Notes: a model not told the origin generated them from the sequence alone. Counted from the stretch's first letter, positions 24,488 to 34,570 are shown. The stretch is 64,000 bases of DNA from Planctomycetota bacterium (GCA_038212275.1 JBBQUR010000004.1:192001-256000), one strand, 5' to 3'. Made by a program: numbers and translations.

Positions 24488-25113
24488 AGTCCTCACGACC
24501 GGCGCTCACGGCGCTGGTGCTGGCCGGAGGGGCCGCACGGCGCATGGGCGGCGCCAAGCATGCGCAGCCATTCGGCGGGCGCACCTTGCTCGATTGCAGT
24601 CTCGCGCTGGCGACCGCCGTGGCGGACGAGACGCTGCTCCTCGCGGCCGACCGCGAGGTCTCGCTCGCTCGCTGGGAGCGGGTGCGTCGCGTGTCCGACC
24701 TGCCGGAAGGTTCGGGCCCGCTGAGAGGTCTCGCCGCCGGCATGTCCGCGGCCCGGCATGACTGGTGCCTGCTGCTCGCCTGCGACATGCCGTTGCTCAC
24801 GCCGGCCACCGTGCGGCTCCTGATCGACCACGCACTGGCCTGTTCGCCTCGCGAGGACGGCGTGATGTTCGCCTCGGCGTCCGGCTGGCAGCCCTTCCCC
24901 GCGCTGCTTCGACGGCAAGCGCTGTCCGCCGTCCTGCGGCAGCTGCAGGCGCGCGACCGCTCGCTCCAGGCGCTGGCCGCCGAGCTGGTCCTCCGTCGCG
25001 TGGACCTGGCCGAGCTCCGCAGCATCGACCCCGAACTGCACACGCTGTGCAACGTCAACACGCCCCTCGACCTGGACTCGGCACGCGAGTTCGCCGCGGA
25101 GATCGCCACGTGA
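24484..25113 (+). CDS. mobA: Molybdenum cofactor guanylyltransferase
   Basis: LAGGAARRMG..K, GPLRGL, LACDMP, NVNTP; GTGA overlap with tatA. Confidence 0.85.
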   Translation: MKSSRPALTALVLAGGAARRMGGAKHAQPFGGRTLLDCSLALATAVADETLLLAADREVSLARWERVRRVSDLPEGSGPLRGLAAGMSAARHDWCLLLACDMPLLTPATVRLLIDHALACSPREDGVMFASASGWQPFPALLRRQALSAVLRQLQARDRSLQALAAELVLRRVDLAELRSIDPELHTLCNVNTPLDLDSAREFAAEIAT

Positions 25114-26093
25114 CCACCCTCTCGCCCGTCGCCGACATCTTCACTCCCGTGGCGAGCGGCCTCGCCGCCACGGAAAGCGTTCTGACGGACCTCTTCACGA
25201 ACGACTCCGAGGCCGTCATGGGGCTGTGCCGGCACCTCACGCGCTTCGGCGGCAAGCGCCTGCGGCCTGCGCTCGTGCACCTCACGGGCGGCATGGTCGG
25301 CACGCCGACGGACGAACACGCGATCATCGGCGCCATGGTCGAGGCGCTGCACATGGCCTCGCTGCTGCACGACGACGTGCTGGACGGAGCGGACACGCGG
25401 CGCAAGGTGGCCACGCTCAACGCCCTGCACGGCAACGAGATCCCGATCCTCCTGGGCGACGTGCTCTACTCGCGCGCCTTCGCGCTCTCGCTCAACATGT
25501 CCACGTTGCACGCCGCGCGCGAACTGGCCGTCGCGTCCGAGGCCATCTGCCGCGGTGAGATCGAGCAGTCCTTCCTGCGCTTCCGGCTCGACGTGCCCGA
25601 CGCCGCGTACTTCGACGTGATCCGCGCGAAGACCGCGCAGATGTACGCGACGGCATGCAGCCTCGGTGCGCGCTACGCCGGTGGCACCGACGCGCAGGTG
25701 CAGGCGCTGGCCCGCTTCGGCTTCGACCTCGGCATGGGCTTCCAGATCATCGACGATTGCCTAGACATCGTGGGGGACGAGGGCATCGTCGGGAAGTCGC
25801 TCGGCACGGACCTAGAGACCGGCAAGATCACCCTGCCGATCCTGCGCCTTGCGCGTCGCCTCTCGGGCGCAGACCTCGAGCGCTACAAGTCGCTGGTCAT
25901 GGGCGACATGGAAGGCAGCCGCCGCGACGCGTTGCGCGCCGCCTTCGACGTGGACAGCGTGGTGGCGGAGTGTCAGGCCGAGGCCAACACCTTCGTGGAG
26001 CGCTGCCTCTCCACGCTCGCGCCGTTCACGGATGGTCCCGAGAAGCGCAGCCTGCAGTCCATCTGCCGCTTCGTGCTGGCCCGGACGTTCTGA
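25110..26093 (+). CDS. Polyprenyl diphosphate synthase (IspB/HepT-like)
   Basis: GGKRLRP, HMASLLHDDVLD..RR, AKTA, FQIIDDCLD, GKITLP. Confidence 0.93.
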   Translation: MTTLSPVADIFTPVASGLAATESVLTDLFTNDSEAVMGLCRHLTRFGGKRLRPALVHLTGGMVGTPTDEHAIIGAMVEALHMASLLHDDVLDGADTRRKVATLNALHGNEIPILLGDVLYSRAFALSLNMSTLHAARELAVASEAICRGEIEQSFLRFRLDVPDAAYFDVIRAKTAQMYATACSLGARYAGGTDAQVQALARFGFDLGMGFQIIDDCLDIVGDEGIVGKSLGTDLETGKITLPILRLARRLSGADLERYKSLVMGDMEGSRRDALRAAFDVDSVVAECQAEANTFVERCLSTLAPFTDGPEKRSLQSICRFVLARTF

Positions 26094-26173
26094 TGGCTCC
26101 GGTGTCCGCGCGCATCGACCGCCTCGCGCCGCCCTCGCGCCGCACCTCCGGCTGAGCAGGGAGTCCGCACGAC

Positions 26174-27070
26174 GTGGCCTTCCGTCCCAACTGGTATCAA
26201 GGCGAACGCCGTGGCGGACTCCTCGGCGGCGCGGGCACCTGGTCCGGCTTCCGCTGGGTCTTCACGCTCAACTGCGTCGTCTTCGCGCTGCAGCTCATCG
26301 AGTCGCAGTTTCTCGGGACGCGACATCACGCGACGCAGGCCGTGCGCGAAAGCCTGCTCACCGAGTACGGCGCCCTGCGTGCCTTCTGGGCCGGCGCCCC
26401 GTCGCTCATGCAGCCCGAAGGCTCTCTTGCCTTCAACTGGGCCTTCCCGATCCAGTGCGTGACCTACTCGCTGCTTCACGACGGGTTCAGACACATCCTG
26501 TTCAACATGCTCGTGCTCTGGGTCTTCAGTCCGGAGCTCGAGGCCTACCTCGGTCGCGCGGCCTATCTGCGCCTCTACGTTCTCGGCGCCGTCTTCGGCG
26601 GACTGCTGCAGTGGGGCTGGTGGCTGGGCACCGGCTCCCCGGGTTCCGTCATCGGCGCCTCGGGAGCGGTCTATGCCGTCATGGTGCTGGCCGCGCTCAA
26701 ATGGCCGCAACGCACGGTGCTCTTCTGGATGGTGCTGCCGGTCCCGGTCTGGCTGATCGTCGGTCTCTATGTCGTGGGCGATCTCGGTTCCTTCTTCACG
26801 GCCACGGCAGGGAGCACGGCCGTGCTTGCGCATCTCGGCGGCGCGGCCTTCGCCGTGCTCTGGTATTTCAAGGGCGATGTCGTCGGTCAGGTCAGCGATG
26901 CGCGGCATCGGCATCTGGCCGTGCGGCAGCACGCGGAACACGACAGCGACCGGCGCGAAATGGACCGCATCCTGGCCAAGATCCAGGCCCATGGCCTCAA
27001 CTCGCTGGACGGGAGCGAGCGGGCATTCCTCGAACGCCGCAGCCGCGAGATGCGAGAGCGACCACGCTGA
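26174..27070 (+). CDS. Rhomboid family intramembrane serine protease with C-terminal soluble helical domain
   Basis: HILFNM, GASG catalytic Ser, AHLGG catalytic His; C-terminal MDRILAKI...G..SL...ER..L. Confidence 0.92.
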   Translation: MAFRPNWYQGERRGGLLGGAGTWSGFRWVFTLNCVVFALQLIESQFLGTRHHATQAVRESLLTEYGALRAFWAGAPSLMQPEGSLAFNWAFPIQCVTYSLLHDGFRHILFNMLVLWVFSPELEAYLGRAAYLRLYVLGAVFGGLLQWGWWLGTGSPGSVIGASGAVYAVMVLAALKWPQRTVLFWMVLPVPVWLIVGLYVVGDLGSFFTATAGSTAVLAHLGGAAFAVLWYFKGDVVGQVSDARHRHLAVRQHAEHDSDRREMDRILAKIQAHGLNSLDGSERAFLERRSREMRERPR

Positions 27071-27144
27071 TGCGTCCGTTGCGGCCGATTGGTCCGTCCG
27101 TTGACGGGCTGGTACAAAAGGCTTCACCCTTCCGGAGCGGAACA

Positions 27145-29259
27145 ATGATCCACATGCGGCACGTCGTGGCGGCACTGGCTCTGTTGACGGGCCTGGCAGC
27201 CCCCTTGCGCTGCCAGACGGTGATCGAGGTGCCCGACGACCTCAAGGTGTTCTGGGGCCAGTACCAGCTCGCCCACGAAGCGGACGACGAGACGGCGATG
27301 GACAAGGCCGTGCGCCAGCACACGGACCTCGCCGAGCAGACGCTCGACCTGCTGCTCGATGACCTCTCGCGCCGCGAAATCCTCGAGCTTCACGACGACG
27401 TCCGCACCTTGGCCCGCAGCATGGATCGCGTCGACGGCCAGTCGAAGTTCATCGAGCGCGTCCGCTACGTGCTGAACCTCACGCAGCCGGAGCGCCTGTC
27501 GCGCCATCTCGCGATGGACGAACTCAACGCGGCGTTCCGCACCTACAATGATGCGCTCGTCGAGAAGTCCGTGGACGGCTGGCAGCGCTCGCTCACGGCC
27601 TTCGGGCGCGCCGCGGAGGCGCTCGAATCCCTGGGTGACGCGCAATACGGCATCGTCGCGAGGCGCAAGATGGCGGACCTCGAGCAGATTCTGAAGCACC
27701 CCTGGGAGCGCGGCCAGCACCTCAAGCGCATCATCGAGCTGGGTGAGCAACTCGACTACAAGGACATCGAGGTCGAGTCCGCGCGCACCATGCTGGCGGA
27801 GCTGAAGTCCAAGGGAGTCGATCCGGACGGCCCGAAGCCGGAGGGATCCGGCGAGGTCGCGGACTCCGCGGCACCCGCCGGCAAGGGCGCGCCGGCCACC
27901 GGGGGAGGCGGAGGCGGACGCGGCCTGACGTCCTACCTGGAGGGCTCGACGGAGCAGCGCTTCACGCTTGCCATGGATGCTCCCAGGAAGGGTCTGGGAG
28001 GACTCCTGTTGCCGAGTGTCTTTCCGCTCGACAACTACCTGCTCTGGCCGACGGCCTGGTTGGAGCTCAACGGCCCGTCCGAGCTTGCCATCGGCACGCC
28101 GATCCCGTTCGTGCCCTTCACGAAGCCCCTGTCCTTCAGCCGCGATGGCGCGGAGTTCTCCATCGACAGCAACGGCGACGGCAAGCCCGACGTGAGCTTC
28201 ACGCCGAGCACGACGCCGCAGCATGTCGACGTGCCCGCGCCGGATGGCGAGGCGAGCTACCCGCTCATGATCTCCGTGCCGGGCGAGAAGGAATCCATGT
28301 TCAGCCTCGAGGTGAACTACTCGCCGCAGCCGTCGGGCGCGCGCCTGCGCCTCAACGTCGCCTCGAGCATGGATGGCAAGGTGCTCGACGAGACCTGGAA
28401 GGTGGTGGACTGCAATCTCAGCGGACGCTACGGCGACGTGCAGGACTGGTGGGGCGACTTCGTCACCACGGGCAACGATGCGAACCCGGTGCGCTTCCAG
28501 CAGACGGATGCGGTGCTCATCGGCAAGGCGAAGCTGCCGATCCCGTGGTCCACGGTGCTTCCCGTCGGCGAGGATTTCTACCACGCCACGCTCGCGCCGG
28601 ACGGAAAGTCGCTCACCCTCCGGCAGCTGGATCTCGCCACCGGCTTCGTGAAGCTGGACATCAACACGCCCGTTCAGCCCAGCTATCTCGTGCTCCGCGA
28701 GGTGGGCAAGCTTGAAGGCGCCTTCATCAACGTCGTGCCCCTGAAGAAGGGCGGCAGCGTGAAGGTCCCGGTCGGCAAGTGGCAGATCTCGTCGGGACTG
28801 ATCGGGAAGGGCGCCAAGACGAGCATGCAGCAGGCACGCATCTACACCGGACAGAGCGCGGAGATCGAGGTCAAGCCGGGCGAGACGGCGACACTCGCGC
28901 TCGGCGGCCCGTTCCACCTTCAGGCCGACACGAAGCTCGACGGCAAGGACACCGTCGTCGAGGGCAGGACGCTGCGGATCTTCGGCCGCGCCAGGGAAGA
29001 GTACGCCATGCTCTTCGACGACTCGCTGCAGCCGGAGGTCGAGGCCCGGACTCCGGACACGAAGAAGTTCGGCAAGGCGGTGAAGATGCGCCGTCCGGAC
29101 ATCACGGCCTGGCAGGAGAGCAAGGATCCCGACCGCCTGATGTGGTTCCCGCTCCCGCTCAGCGTCGAGAACGGCAAGGCCGAGAAACTTCAGCTGCGTC
29201 TGACGCAGAAGACCCAGGGACTGCTCGGCGGCCCCTTCGACAGCGACTGGATTCCCTGA
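27145..29259 (+). CDS. Large secreted hypothetical protein
   Basis: Signal peptide, GGAG RBS, helical N-half, Gly/Pro linker, beta-rich C-half with DSNGDGKPD; strong coding bias. Confidence 0.75.
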   Translation: MIHMRHVVAALALLTGLAAPLRCQTVIEVPDDLKVFWGQYQLAHEADDETAMDKAVRQHTDLAEQTLDLLLDDLSRREILELHDDVRTLARSMDRVDGQSKFIERVRYVLNLTQPERLSRHLAMDELNAAFRTYNDALVEKSVDGWQRSLTAFGRAAEALESLGDAQYGIVARRKMADLEQILKHPWERGQHLKRIIELGEQLDYKDIEVESARTMLAELKSKGVDPDGPKPEGSGEVADSAAPAGKGAPATGGGGGGRGLTSYLEGSTEQRFTLAMDAPRKGLGGLLLPSVFPLDNYLLWPTAWLELNGPSELAIGTPIPFVPFTKPLSFSRDGAEFSIDSNGDGKPDVSFTPSTTPQHVDVPAPDGEASYPLMISVPGEKESMFSLEVNYSPQPSGARLRLNVASSMDGKVLDETWKVVDCNLSGRYGDVQDWWGDFVTTGNDANPVRFQQTDAVLIGKAKLPIPWSTVLPVGEDFYHATLAPDGKSLTLRQLDLATGFVKLDINTPVQPSYLVLREVGKLEGAFINVVPLKKGGSVKVPVGKWQISSGLIGKGAKTSMQQARIYTGQSAEIEVKPGETATLALGGPFHLQADTKLDGKDTVVEGRTLRIFGRAREEYAMLFDDSLQPEVEARTPDTKKFGKAVKMRRPDITAWQESKDPDRLMWFPLPLSVENGKAEKLQLRLTQKTQGLLGGPFDSDWIP

Positions 29260-29260
29260 C

Positions 29261-30538
29261 ATGCTCGACATGCGAATGATCCGCGAACGTGCGGACGAGG
29301 TGCGCGCCGGCGCGGCGCTCAAGCGCATCACCGTGGATATCGATCACCTGCTGCAACTCGACGAGCGGCGAAGGCAGCTCATGCGTGGGGCGGAGGACGG
29401 CAAGGCCGAGCAGAAGCGGCGCAGCAAGGCCGTGGGCGGGCTGTCTGCCGAGGCGCGCGCCGCCGAGCTGACTTCGCTGGGCGACCTGAAGGCGCGCCTC
29501 ATCGGCGAGGAGGCCGAACTGGCCACCGTCACTGCCGAGTGGGAGGCGCTCATGCTGCGCGTGCCCAACATTCCATCGGCGCAGGTCCCGCCGGGCCGCG
29601 ACGACACCGAGAACGTCGAGGTGCGCCGCGTGGGCGCCGTGCCGGACAAGGGCTTCCCGCTGCTGGACCACGTCGAGCTCGGCCGGCGCCTCGGCATCAT
29701 CGACATCGAACGCGGCGTGCGGATCTCCGGCAGCCGCTTCTACGTGCTGCTCGGCGCGGGAGCGCTCCTGCATCGCGCCGTGCTCTCGCTTGCCCTCGAG
29801 CACATGGTGAAGAAGGGCTTCGTGCCCATGGAAGTCCCGGTGCTCGTGCGCGACCCGGCCATGATCGGAACGGCCTACTTCCCGGGCGGCGAGGACCAGG
29901 CCTATCGGCTCGAACGCGACGAGCTGAATCTCGTGGGCACTGCGGAGGTGCCGGTCACGTCGTTCCGCGCCGGCGAGATTCTGGAGGAATCCGAACTGCC
30001 GCTGAAGTACGTCGCGCAGAGCTACTGCTTCCGGCGCGAGGCGGGCGCCGCGGGCAAGGACACGCGCGGCCTGTATCGCATCCACCAGTTCCAGAAGGTG
30101 GAGCAGGTCGTCATCCTTCAGGCGGATGCCGAGGCCTCGCGCGCCATGCACGAACACATCGTGCGCAACGCGGAAGAAGTGCTGGAAGCGCTCGAACTGC
30201 CGTACCGCGTGGTCAACGTGTGCGGCGGCGACCTGGGGCTGAGCCAGGTGCAGAAGTACGACATCGAGACCTGGATGCCGAGCCGCGGAGGCTACGGCGA
30301 GACGCACAGCGCCAGCCGCTTCCACGACTTCCAGGCGCGTCGGCTGAACCTCCGCTACCGCGATGCGCGCGGCGAGACCCGCTTCTGCCACACGCTCAAC
30401 AACACGGTCATCGCCAGTCCGCGCGTGCTCATCCCCATCCTGGAGCTCTACCAGCAGAAGGATGGCAGCGTGGTGGTGCCGAAGGCCCTTCGCCCGTGGA
30501 TGGGCGGAGTCGAGGTGCTGGAACCGATCACGACCTGA
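29261..30538 (+). CDS. serS: Serine--tRNA ligase
   Basis: MLDMRMIRE, N-terminal coiled coil, GTAEVP, CFRREAG, GLYRIHQFQKVE, KYDIETWMP, HTLNNT. Confidence 0.97.
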   Translation: MLDMRMIRERADEVRAGAALKRITVDIDHLLQLDERRRQLMRGAEDGKAEQKRRSKAVGGLSAEARAAELTSLGDLKARLIGEEAELATVTAEWEALMLRVPNIPSAQVPPGRDDTENVEVRRVGAVPDKGFPLLDHVELGRRLGIIDIERGVRISGSRFYVLLGAGALLHRAVLSLALEHMVKKGFVPMEVPVLVRDPAMIGTAYFPGGEDQAYRLERDELNLVGTAEVPVTSFRAGEILEESELPLKYVAQSYCFRREAGAAGKDTRGLYRIHQFQKVEQVVILQADAEASRAMHEHIVRNAEEVLEALELPYRVVNVCGGDLGLSQVQKYDIETWMPSRGGYGETHSASRFHDFQARRLNLRYRDARGETRFCHTLNNTVIASPRVLIPILELYQQKDGSVVVPKALRPWMGGVEVLEPITT

Positions 30539-30571
30539 GCGAGGTCGTCACGGTTCGGCCAGCCGCAGCCG

Positions 30572-31648
30572 TCAGTTGCCGCCGAGGCCCTTGAGCAGGT
30601 CGCCCAGCGCGCCGCTGAAGTCATCGTCCGGGTTTCCGCTGCCATCGCCCGAGCCAGGACCGCTCTGGCCTCCATCGCCCTTCGAGCCACCGCCGCCGTT
30701 GCCTGGGGGGCCGCCGCCATTGGGGGTCTGATCGTCGGCATTGAGGACGCCATCCCCGTCGATGTCGTCGTCCAGTTCGTTCGGAATCCCGTCGTTGTCG
30801 ATGTCCGGATCCTTCGAGTCGGGGATGCCGTCGCCATCGGTGTCGTAGTTGGGATCTGCCGCGCCGCCGTCTCCTCCGAGCCCGACTCCCGTGAACGACG
30901 GCGGCAGCGCGTGAACGCGCATGGCCAGGTCGGAGTGCGGCGCCAGCGGAATCACGCGGTGGTAGTGGAGGGTGCGGCTGGCGCCGCCCTGCTTCCCGAG
31001 GTCTTCGGTGGTGCGTGCGACGGCCTGCAGGTTCAGCTCGATGTCCACCAGCGCGGGCAGCGCGTGGCGCTCGCTCGCGTCCCATGAGGTGAGTTTCTCG
31101 ACGGTCTTGTCCACCGTCTCCAGGTAGCGCACCTGGAAGCTCACGACGCGGTCGTGGATGAGCTCGTAGACGCCGTCCTCGAGCGGCTTCTCGTCCACGT
31201 GGAAGCTCTGGCGGCGCCACAGCTCCATGACGTCGGGATTCTTCGGGTTGGCGCGCAGGCGGTAGCCGGTCTCGCAGATGTCGGAGGAGATCTCGCGATC
31301 CTCCACGCGGCGCGTCACCGTGCTGTCGACCGTGGTGAGAAAGGACAGCCAGTCGGCCGGCTCGCCGTTCACCGTGCGGCTCTCACCCTTGAAGACCGCA
31401 TCGCCCTCGATGTTCATGATCCAGGCGCGGCGCAGGTCGCCCTCGATGATGTCGAGAATCTGGGGACCCAGCCGAGCCACCTGCGCCTCGATCTCCAGCT
31501 GGTCCCGCGTGCGCAGCGCCGTGTTCAGCGTGGTGTAGAGGGCCACCATGATGAGCGCCATGATCGCGAGCGCCACCATGACCTCGATGAGCGTGAAGCC
31601 GCGCGGCGAGCGCGCGGGGAGGCGGGACGTGTCATGGGGATGCTGCAT
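30572..31648 (-). CDS. gspJ: T2SS minor pseudopilin GspJ-like protein with acidic repeat tail
   Basis: GFTLIEVMVAL prepilin motif; position after H- and I-like genes; LPALVDIEL. Confidence 0.7.
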   Translation of the reverse strand: MQHPHDTSRLPARSPRGFTLIEVMVALAIMALIMVALYTTLNTALRTRDQLEIEAQVARLGPQILDIIEGDLRRAWIMNIEGDAVFKGESRTVNGEPADWLSFLTTVDSTVTRRVEDREISSDICETGYRLRANPKNPDVMELWRRQSFHVDEKPLEDGVYELIHDRVVSFQVRYLETVDKTVEKLTSWDASERHALPALVDIELNLQAVARTTEDLGKQGGASRTLHYHRVIPLAPHSDLAMRVHALPPSFTGVGLGGDGGAADPNYDTDGDGIPDSKDPDIDNDGIPNELDDDIDGDGVLNADDQTPNGGGPPGNGGGGSKGDGGQSGPGSGDGSGNPDDDFSGALGDLLKGLGGN

Positions 31649-31651
31649 GCT

Positions 31652-32269
31652 TCATTGGCCTTTCAGGAGCGAATCGGCTTCGGGATCGACGGCGCGCGGC
31701 ACGAAGCCTTCCAGCGAGAGTTGTTCCTCGGACTCGCCTTCGAGGGACGGATAGAAAATGGTGACCTTCACGCGCCTGACCTTGTAGGCCTGGTTTTCGT
31801 CGGTTTCCGCGACGTTCGTCCCGCTGTCCGACGGCGCGAAGGCCGATTCGGTCGAGAAGTTGGTCGAGCCCGAGGCGTTGTCATGCGCCTGATCCTCGTC
31901 TTCGGTGCGACCGGTCGACAGGTCGAAGTTCTCGATGCTGATCTCGTAGCGGTAGACGGTGTCGTCCTCGATGACGCCTTCGCGTTCCTTCAGGGTCTCG
32001 GGGTCCGTGATGCGGTCGGCGAGCAGCTGCTGCGCGTAGGTCATGGCCTGGAGCATGTGGCCGGACCGGAAGGCCATGTTGCTGGCCAGCTGTCGCAGTT
32101 CGAGCAGCGGCAGGAGCGTGAGCGCGACGAGCGCAAGCGTCACCATGACCTCGATGAGCGTGAAGCCCGACGGCGCCGCCCGCGCGCCGCCCCTGGCGGG
32201 GAGCAGGCCGACGGAGGACGCGGCCTCGCAACGGCGAAGGCGCGAGCCGTCGCGGCGGGACGCCGACAT
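31652..32269 (-). CDS. gspI: T2SS minor pseudopilin GspI-like protein
   Basis: GFTLIEVMVTLALV; RRVKVTIFY; gene order; start uncertain (32269 or 32293). Confidence 0.62.
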   Translation of the reverse strand: MSASRRDGSRLRRCEAASSVGLLPARGGARAAPSGFTLIEVMVTLALVALTLLPLLELRQLASNMAFRSGHMLQAMTYAQQLLADRITDPETLKEREGVIEDDTVYRYEISIENFDLSTGRTEDEDQAHDNASGSTNFSTESAFAPSDSGTNVAETDENQAYKVRRVKVTIFYPSLEGESEEQLSLEGFVPRAVDPEADSLLKGQ

Positions 32270-32276
32270 GTCGGCT

Positions 32277-32840
32277 TCAGCGAAAATCGACATCCTGCGG
32301 GACGGCCATGACGTCGTCTCCCTCGAGGACTGCGGTCCGGTTGGCGAGGCCGGACACCCTCAGGGTGACGATCTCGGTGTCCGGGTAGTTCGGATTGTAG
32401 AGCACGACTTCGTGTGGCGGGATGCGGCCCAGCGGCGAGATCGTGAGCGTGACCACTCCGGTGTCGCGCAGGGCGCTGCCCGGCAGCCTGATCTTGCTCA
32501 GAGCGACGCCTTCGCGCAGCTTCGTGTAGCTGCCGACGGAGGTCCTGCCGGGCCCCGTGGCCTCGCCCTTGTCGTTGCGTTCGTAGGGGTAATAGGACTC
32601 GTAGCCGCCGTTCTCGATGTCGTAGGCGAAGAGGATCGGCTCCTGCACGAGCACGGCCTGCGTGCGCGCCTGTTCCAGGGCCGCTCCCATCTCGCGCGCC
32701 GTGGCGCGGAGTCGGGTCTGAGGCAGCAGCGACTTGCTGCCCGAGAAGATCACGGACATGGAGAGCCCGATGACCGCGATGGTCACCATGATCTCCACGA
32801 GGGTGAAGCCGCGCGTGGCACGAGTCTGAGCCGACGTCAT
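32277..32840 (-). CDS. gspH: T2SS minor pseudopilin GspH/FimT-like protein
   Basis: GFTLVEIMVTIAVIG; LRATARE..AALEQART.A; gene order. Confidence 0.68.
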   Translation of the reverse strand: MTSAQTRATRGFTLVEIMVTIAVIGLSMSVIFSGSKSLLPQTRLRATAREMGAALEQARTQAVLVQEPILFAYDIENGGYESYYPYERNDKGEATGPGRTSVGSYTKLREGVALSKIRLPGSALRDTGVVTLTISPLGRIPPHEVVLYNPNYPDTEIVTLRVSGLANRTAVLEGDDVMAVPQDVDFR

Positions 32841-32886
32841 CGGAGGCGGGCTGACGGGTCGCGCGGTGCAAGGCCGCGCGGCGGAG

Positions 32887-33330
32887 TCACTTCGCGTTCG
32901 AGGGCATCGAGTCGTCGAGGGTGGAGAGGTCTCTGTCATCGTTCTCGCCTCCCTCGACGCCGTCGGCGCCGAGCGAGATGATGGCGTACTTGTTGCTGCT
33001 GATCTTGCTGAAGCGGAACTCGTTCTCCCAGGCATCGAGCAGGTTGTCGTGCTTTTCGAGATACGGCTCGCCCATGTTCTTCTCGCTGTCCTCCAGCAGG
33101 ACCTGAAGCGAATCGGGCACCTTGCTGTAGTGGCGGCGATAGTCGTCCACCGCATTCTTCACGACGTTCATCTTCACCTTGGTCGTCGTGACCTTGGCCT
33201 CGCGCAGCTTGTTCCAGACGTTGGGCGCGACGACCGTGAGCAGCAGGCCGATGATGGCGATGACCACCATGATTTCGATGAGCGTGAAACCCGACGCTCG
33301 GCGGGACTTCTGCGGGACTGGTGTCAGCAT
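32887..33330 (-). CDS. gspG: T2SS major pseudopilin GspG
   Basis: GFTLIEIMVVIAIIGLLLTVVAPN; PYLE..DAWENEF; SLGADGVEGGE..D.D. Confidence 0.9.
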   Translation of the reverse strand: MLTPVPQKSRRASGFTLIEIMVVIAIIGLLLTVVAPNVWNKLREAKVTTTKVKMNVVKNAVDDYRRHYSKVPDSLQVLLEDSEKNMGEPYLEKHDNLLDAWENEFRFSKISSNKYAIISLGADGVEGGENDDRDLSTLDDSMPSNAK

Positions 33331-33348
33331 GAGCGGACTCCTTGAGGG

Positions 33349-34563
33349 TCAGGTGTTGCCGAGCTGCAGCATCGGCAGCACGATCGAAAGGACGATGAAT
33401 CCGACGACGACCGCCATGAGCAGGATCATGACCGGCTCGATGACGGCGGTCATGCGTTCCGTGGCGATGTCGACCTCCAGGTCATAGGCTTCGGCGAGGC
33501 GGTCCAGCACGCTCTCGAGGTCGCCGGTCTGCTCGCCGATGGCAATCATGTAGCCCACGGCTGGCGGGAAAACGCCGCTTTTCTTGAGCGGAGTGGCAAT
33601 GTCGGCGCCCTGAAGGATGGCCGAATGCAGGTCGTCCAGCACGCGCTGCAGCACCGCATTGGCCACGATTTCCCGGACGATCTTGATGGCGTCCAGCACG
33701 TTGACGCCTGTCTTCAGCAGCGTGGAAAGCGTCACGGCGAAGCGTGCGATGGCCTGCTTCTTGAAGAGATCGCCGAAGACGGGGAGGTTCAGCATGAACC
33801 GGTCCCAGGCGTACCGACCGCCCTCGGTCCGACGCATCGCGCCGATGCCCATGTTGATCAGCACGATGCCCAGGACCAGCAGGTACCAGTACGAGACGAG
33901 GAAATTGCTGGCGGATTCCAGGATGGCCGTGGGCAGGGGCAGGTCGCCGCCGCGGCTCTTCACGAGCACGATCAGCTTGGGCACGACCTTGGTCATGAGC
34001 ACCGCGACGACGATGCCGCCGACGAGCACCATGATCATCGGATACATGAGCGCGGCGAAGACCTTGTTGCGCATCTTGCTCTGCTTGAGCATGAAGTTGG
34101 CCAGGCGCTCGAGAACGATGTCCGAGTTGCCGGCCGCCTCGCCGGCGCGCACCATGCTGATGTAGAGCGGCGGGAAGACCGCCGGGTGCTGCTCGAGACC
34201 CTCGGCAAAGGACGCGCCCTGGCCGATCTTCTCGCGCACGTCGCGGAAGACGGCCTCCAGCGAGCGCGACTCGATCTGCTCGACGAGCGCCTTCAGCGCA
34301 TCGTTGAGCGGAATGCCCGCGCGCAGCAGCGTGGCCAGCTGGCGCGTGATCTGCGGCAGTTCACGCACCGTCTTGCGCCGCATGCCGGGACGGCGCCAGC
34401 GCGAGGTCTTCTTCTCCGACAGGTTCTGCACCACGTCGATGTCGGTGACGAGCAGGCCTTCGCGGCGCAGCTTGAGCCGCGCCTCGCGCGGGCTGTCGGC
34501 GTCGGCGATCCCCGTCTTGAGCTGCCCGGCCGATGTGAAGGCCTTGTAGGTGTAGACGGGCAC
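33349..34563 (-). CDS. gspF: T2SS inner-membrane platform protein GspF
   Basis: RQLATLLRAGIPL, MVRAGEAAG, ALMYP, IGEQTGDL, IEP; GTG start inferred. Confidence 0.93.
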   Translation of the reverse strand: MPVYTYKAFTSAGQLKTGIADADSPREARLKLRREGLLVTDIDVVQNLSEKKTSRWRRPGMRRKTVRELPQITRQLATLLRAGIPLNDALKALVEQIESRSLEAVFRDVREKIGQGASFAEGLEQHPAVFPPLYISMVRAGEAAGNSDIVLERLANFMLKQSKMRNKVFAALMYPMIMVLVGGIVVAVLMTKVVPKLIVLVKSRGGDLPLPTAILESASNFLVSYWYLLVLGIVLINMGIGAMRRTEGGRYAWDRFMLNLPVFGDLFKKQAIARFAVTLSTLLKTGVNVLDAIKIVREIVANAVLQRVLDDLHSAILQGADIATPLKKSGVFPPAVGYMIAIGEQTGDLESVLDRLAEAYDLEVDIATERMTAVIEPVMILLMAVVVGFIVLSIVLPMLQLGNT

Positions 34564-34570
34564 GGGAGCC

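Noticed and set aside
25849..27144. N-terminal extension making a 1136-aa ORF
   Set aside because: Off-frame overlap with the polyprenyl synthase and rhomboid genes; signal peptide and RBS put the start at about 27145.
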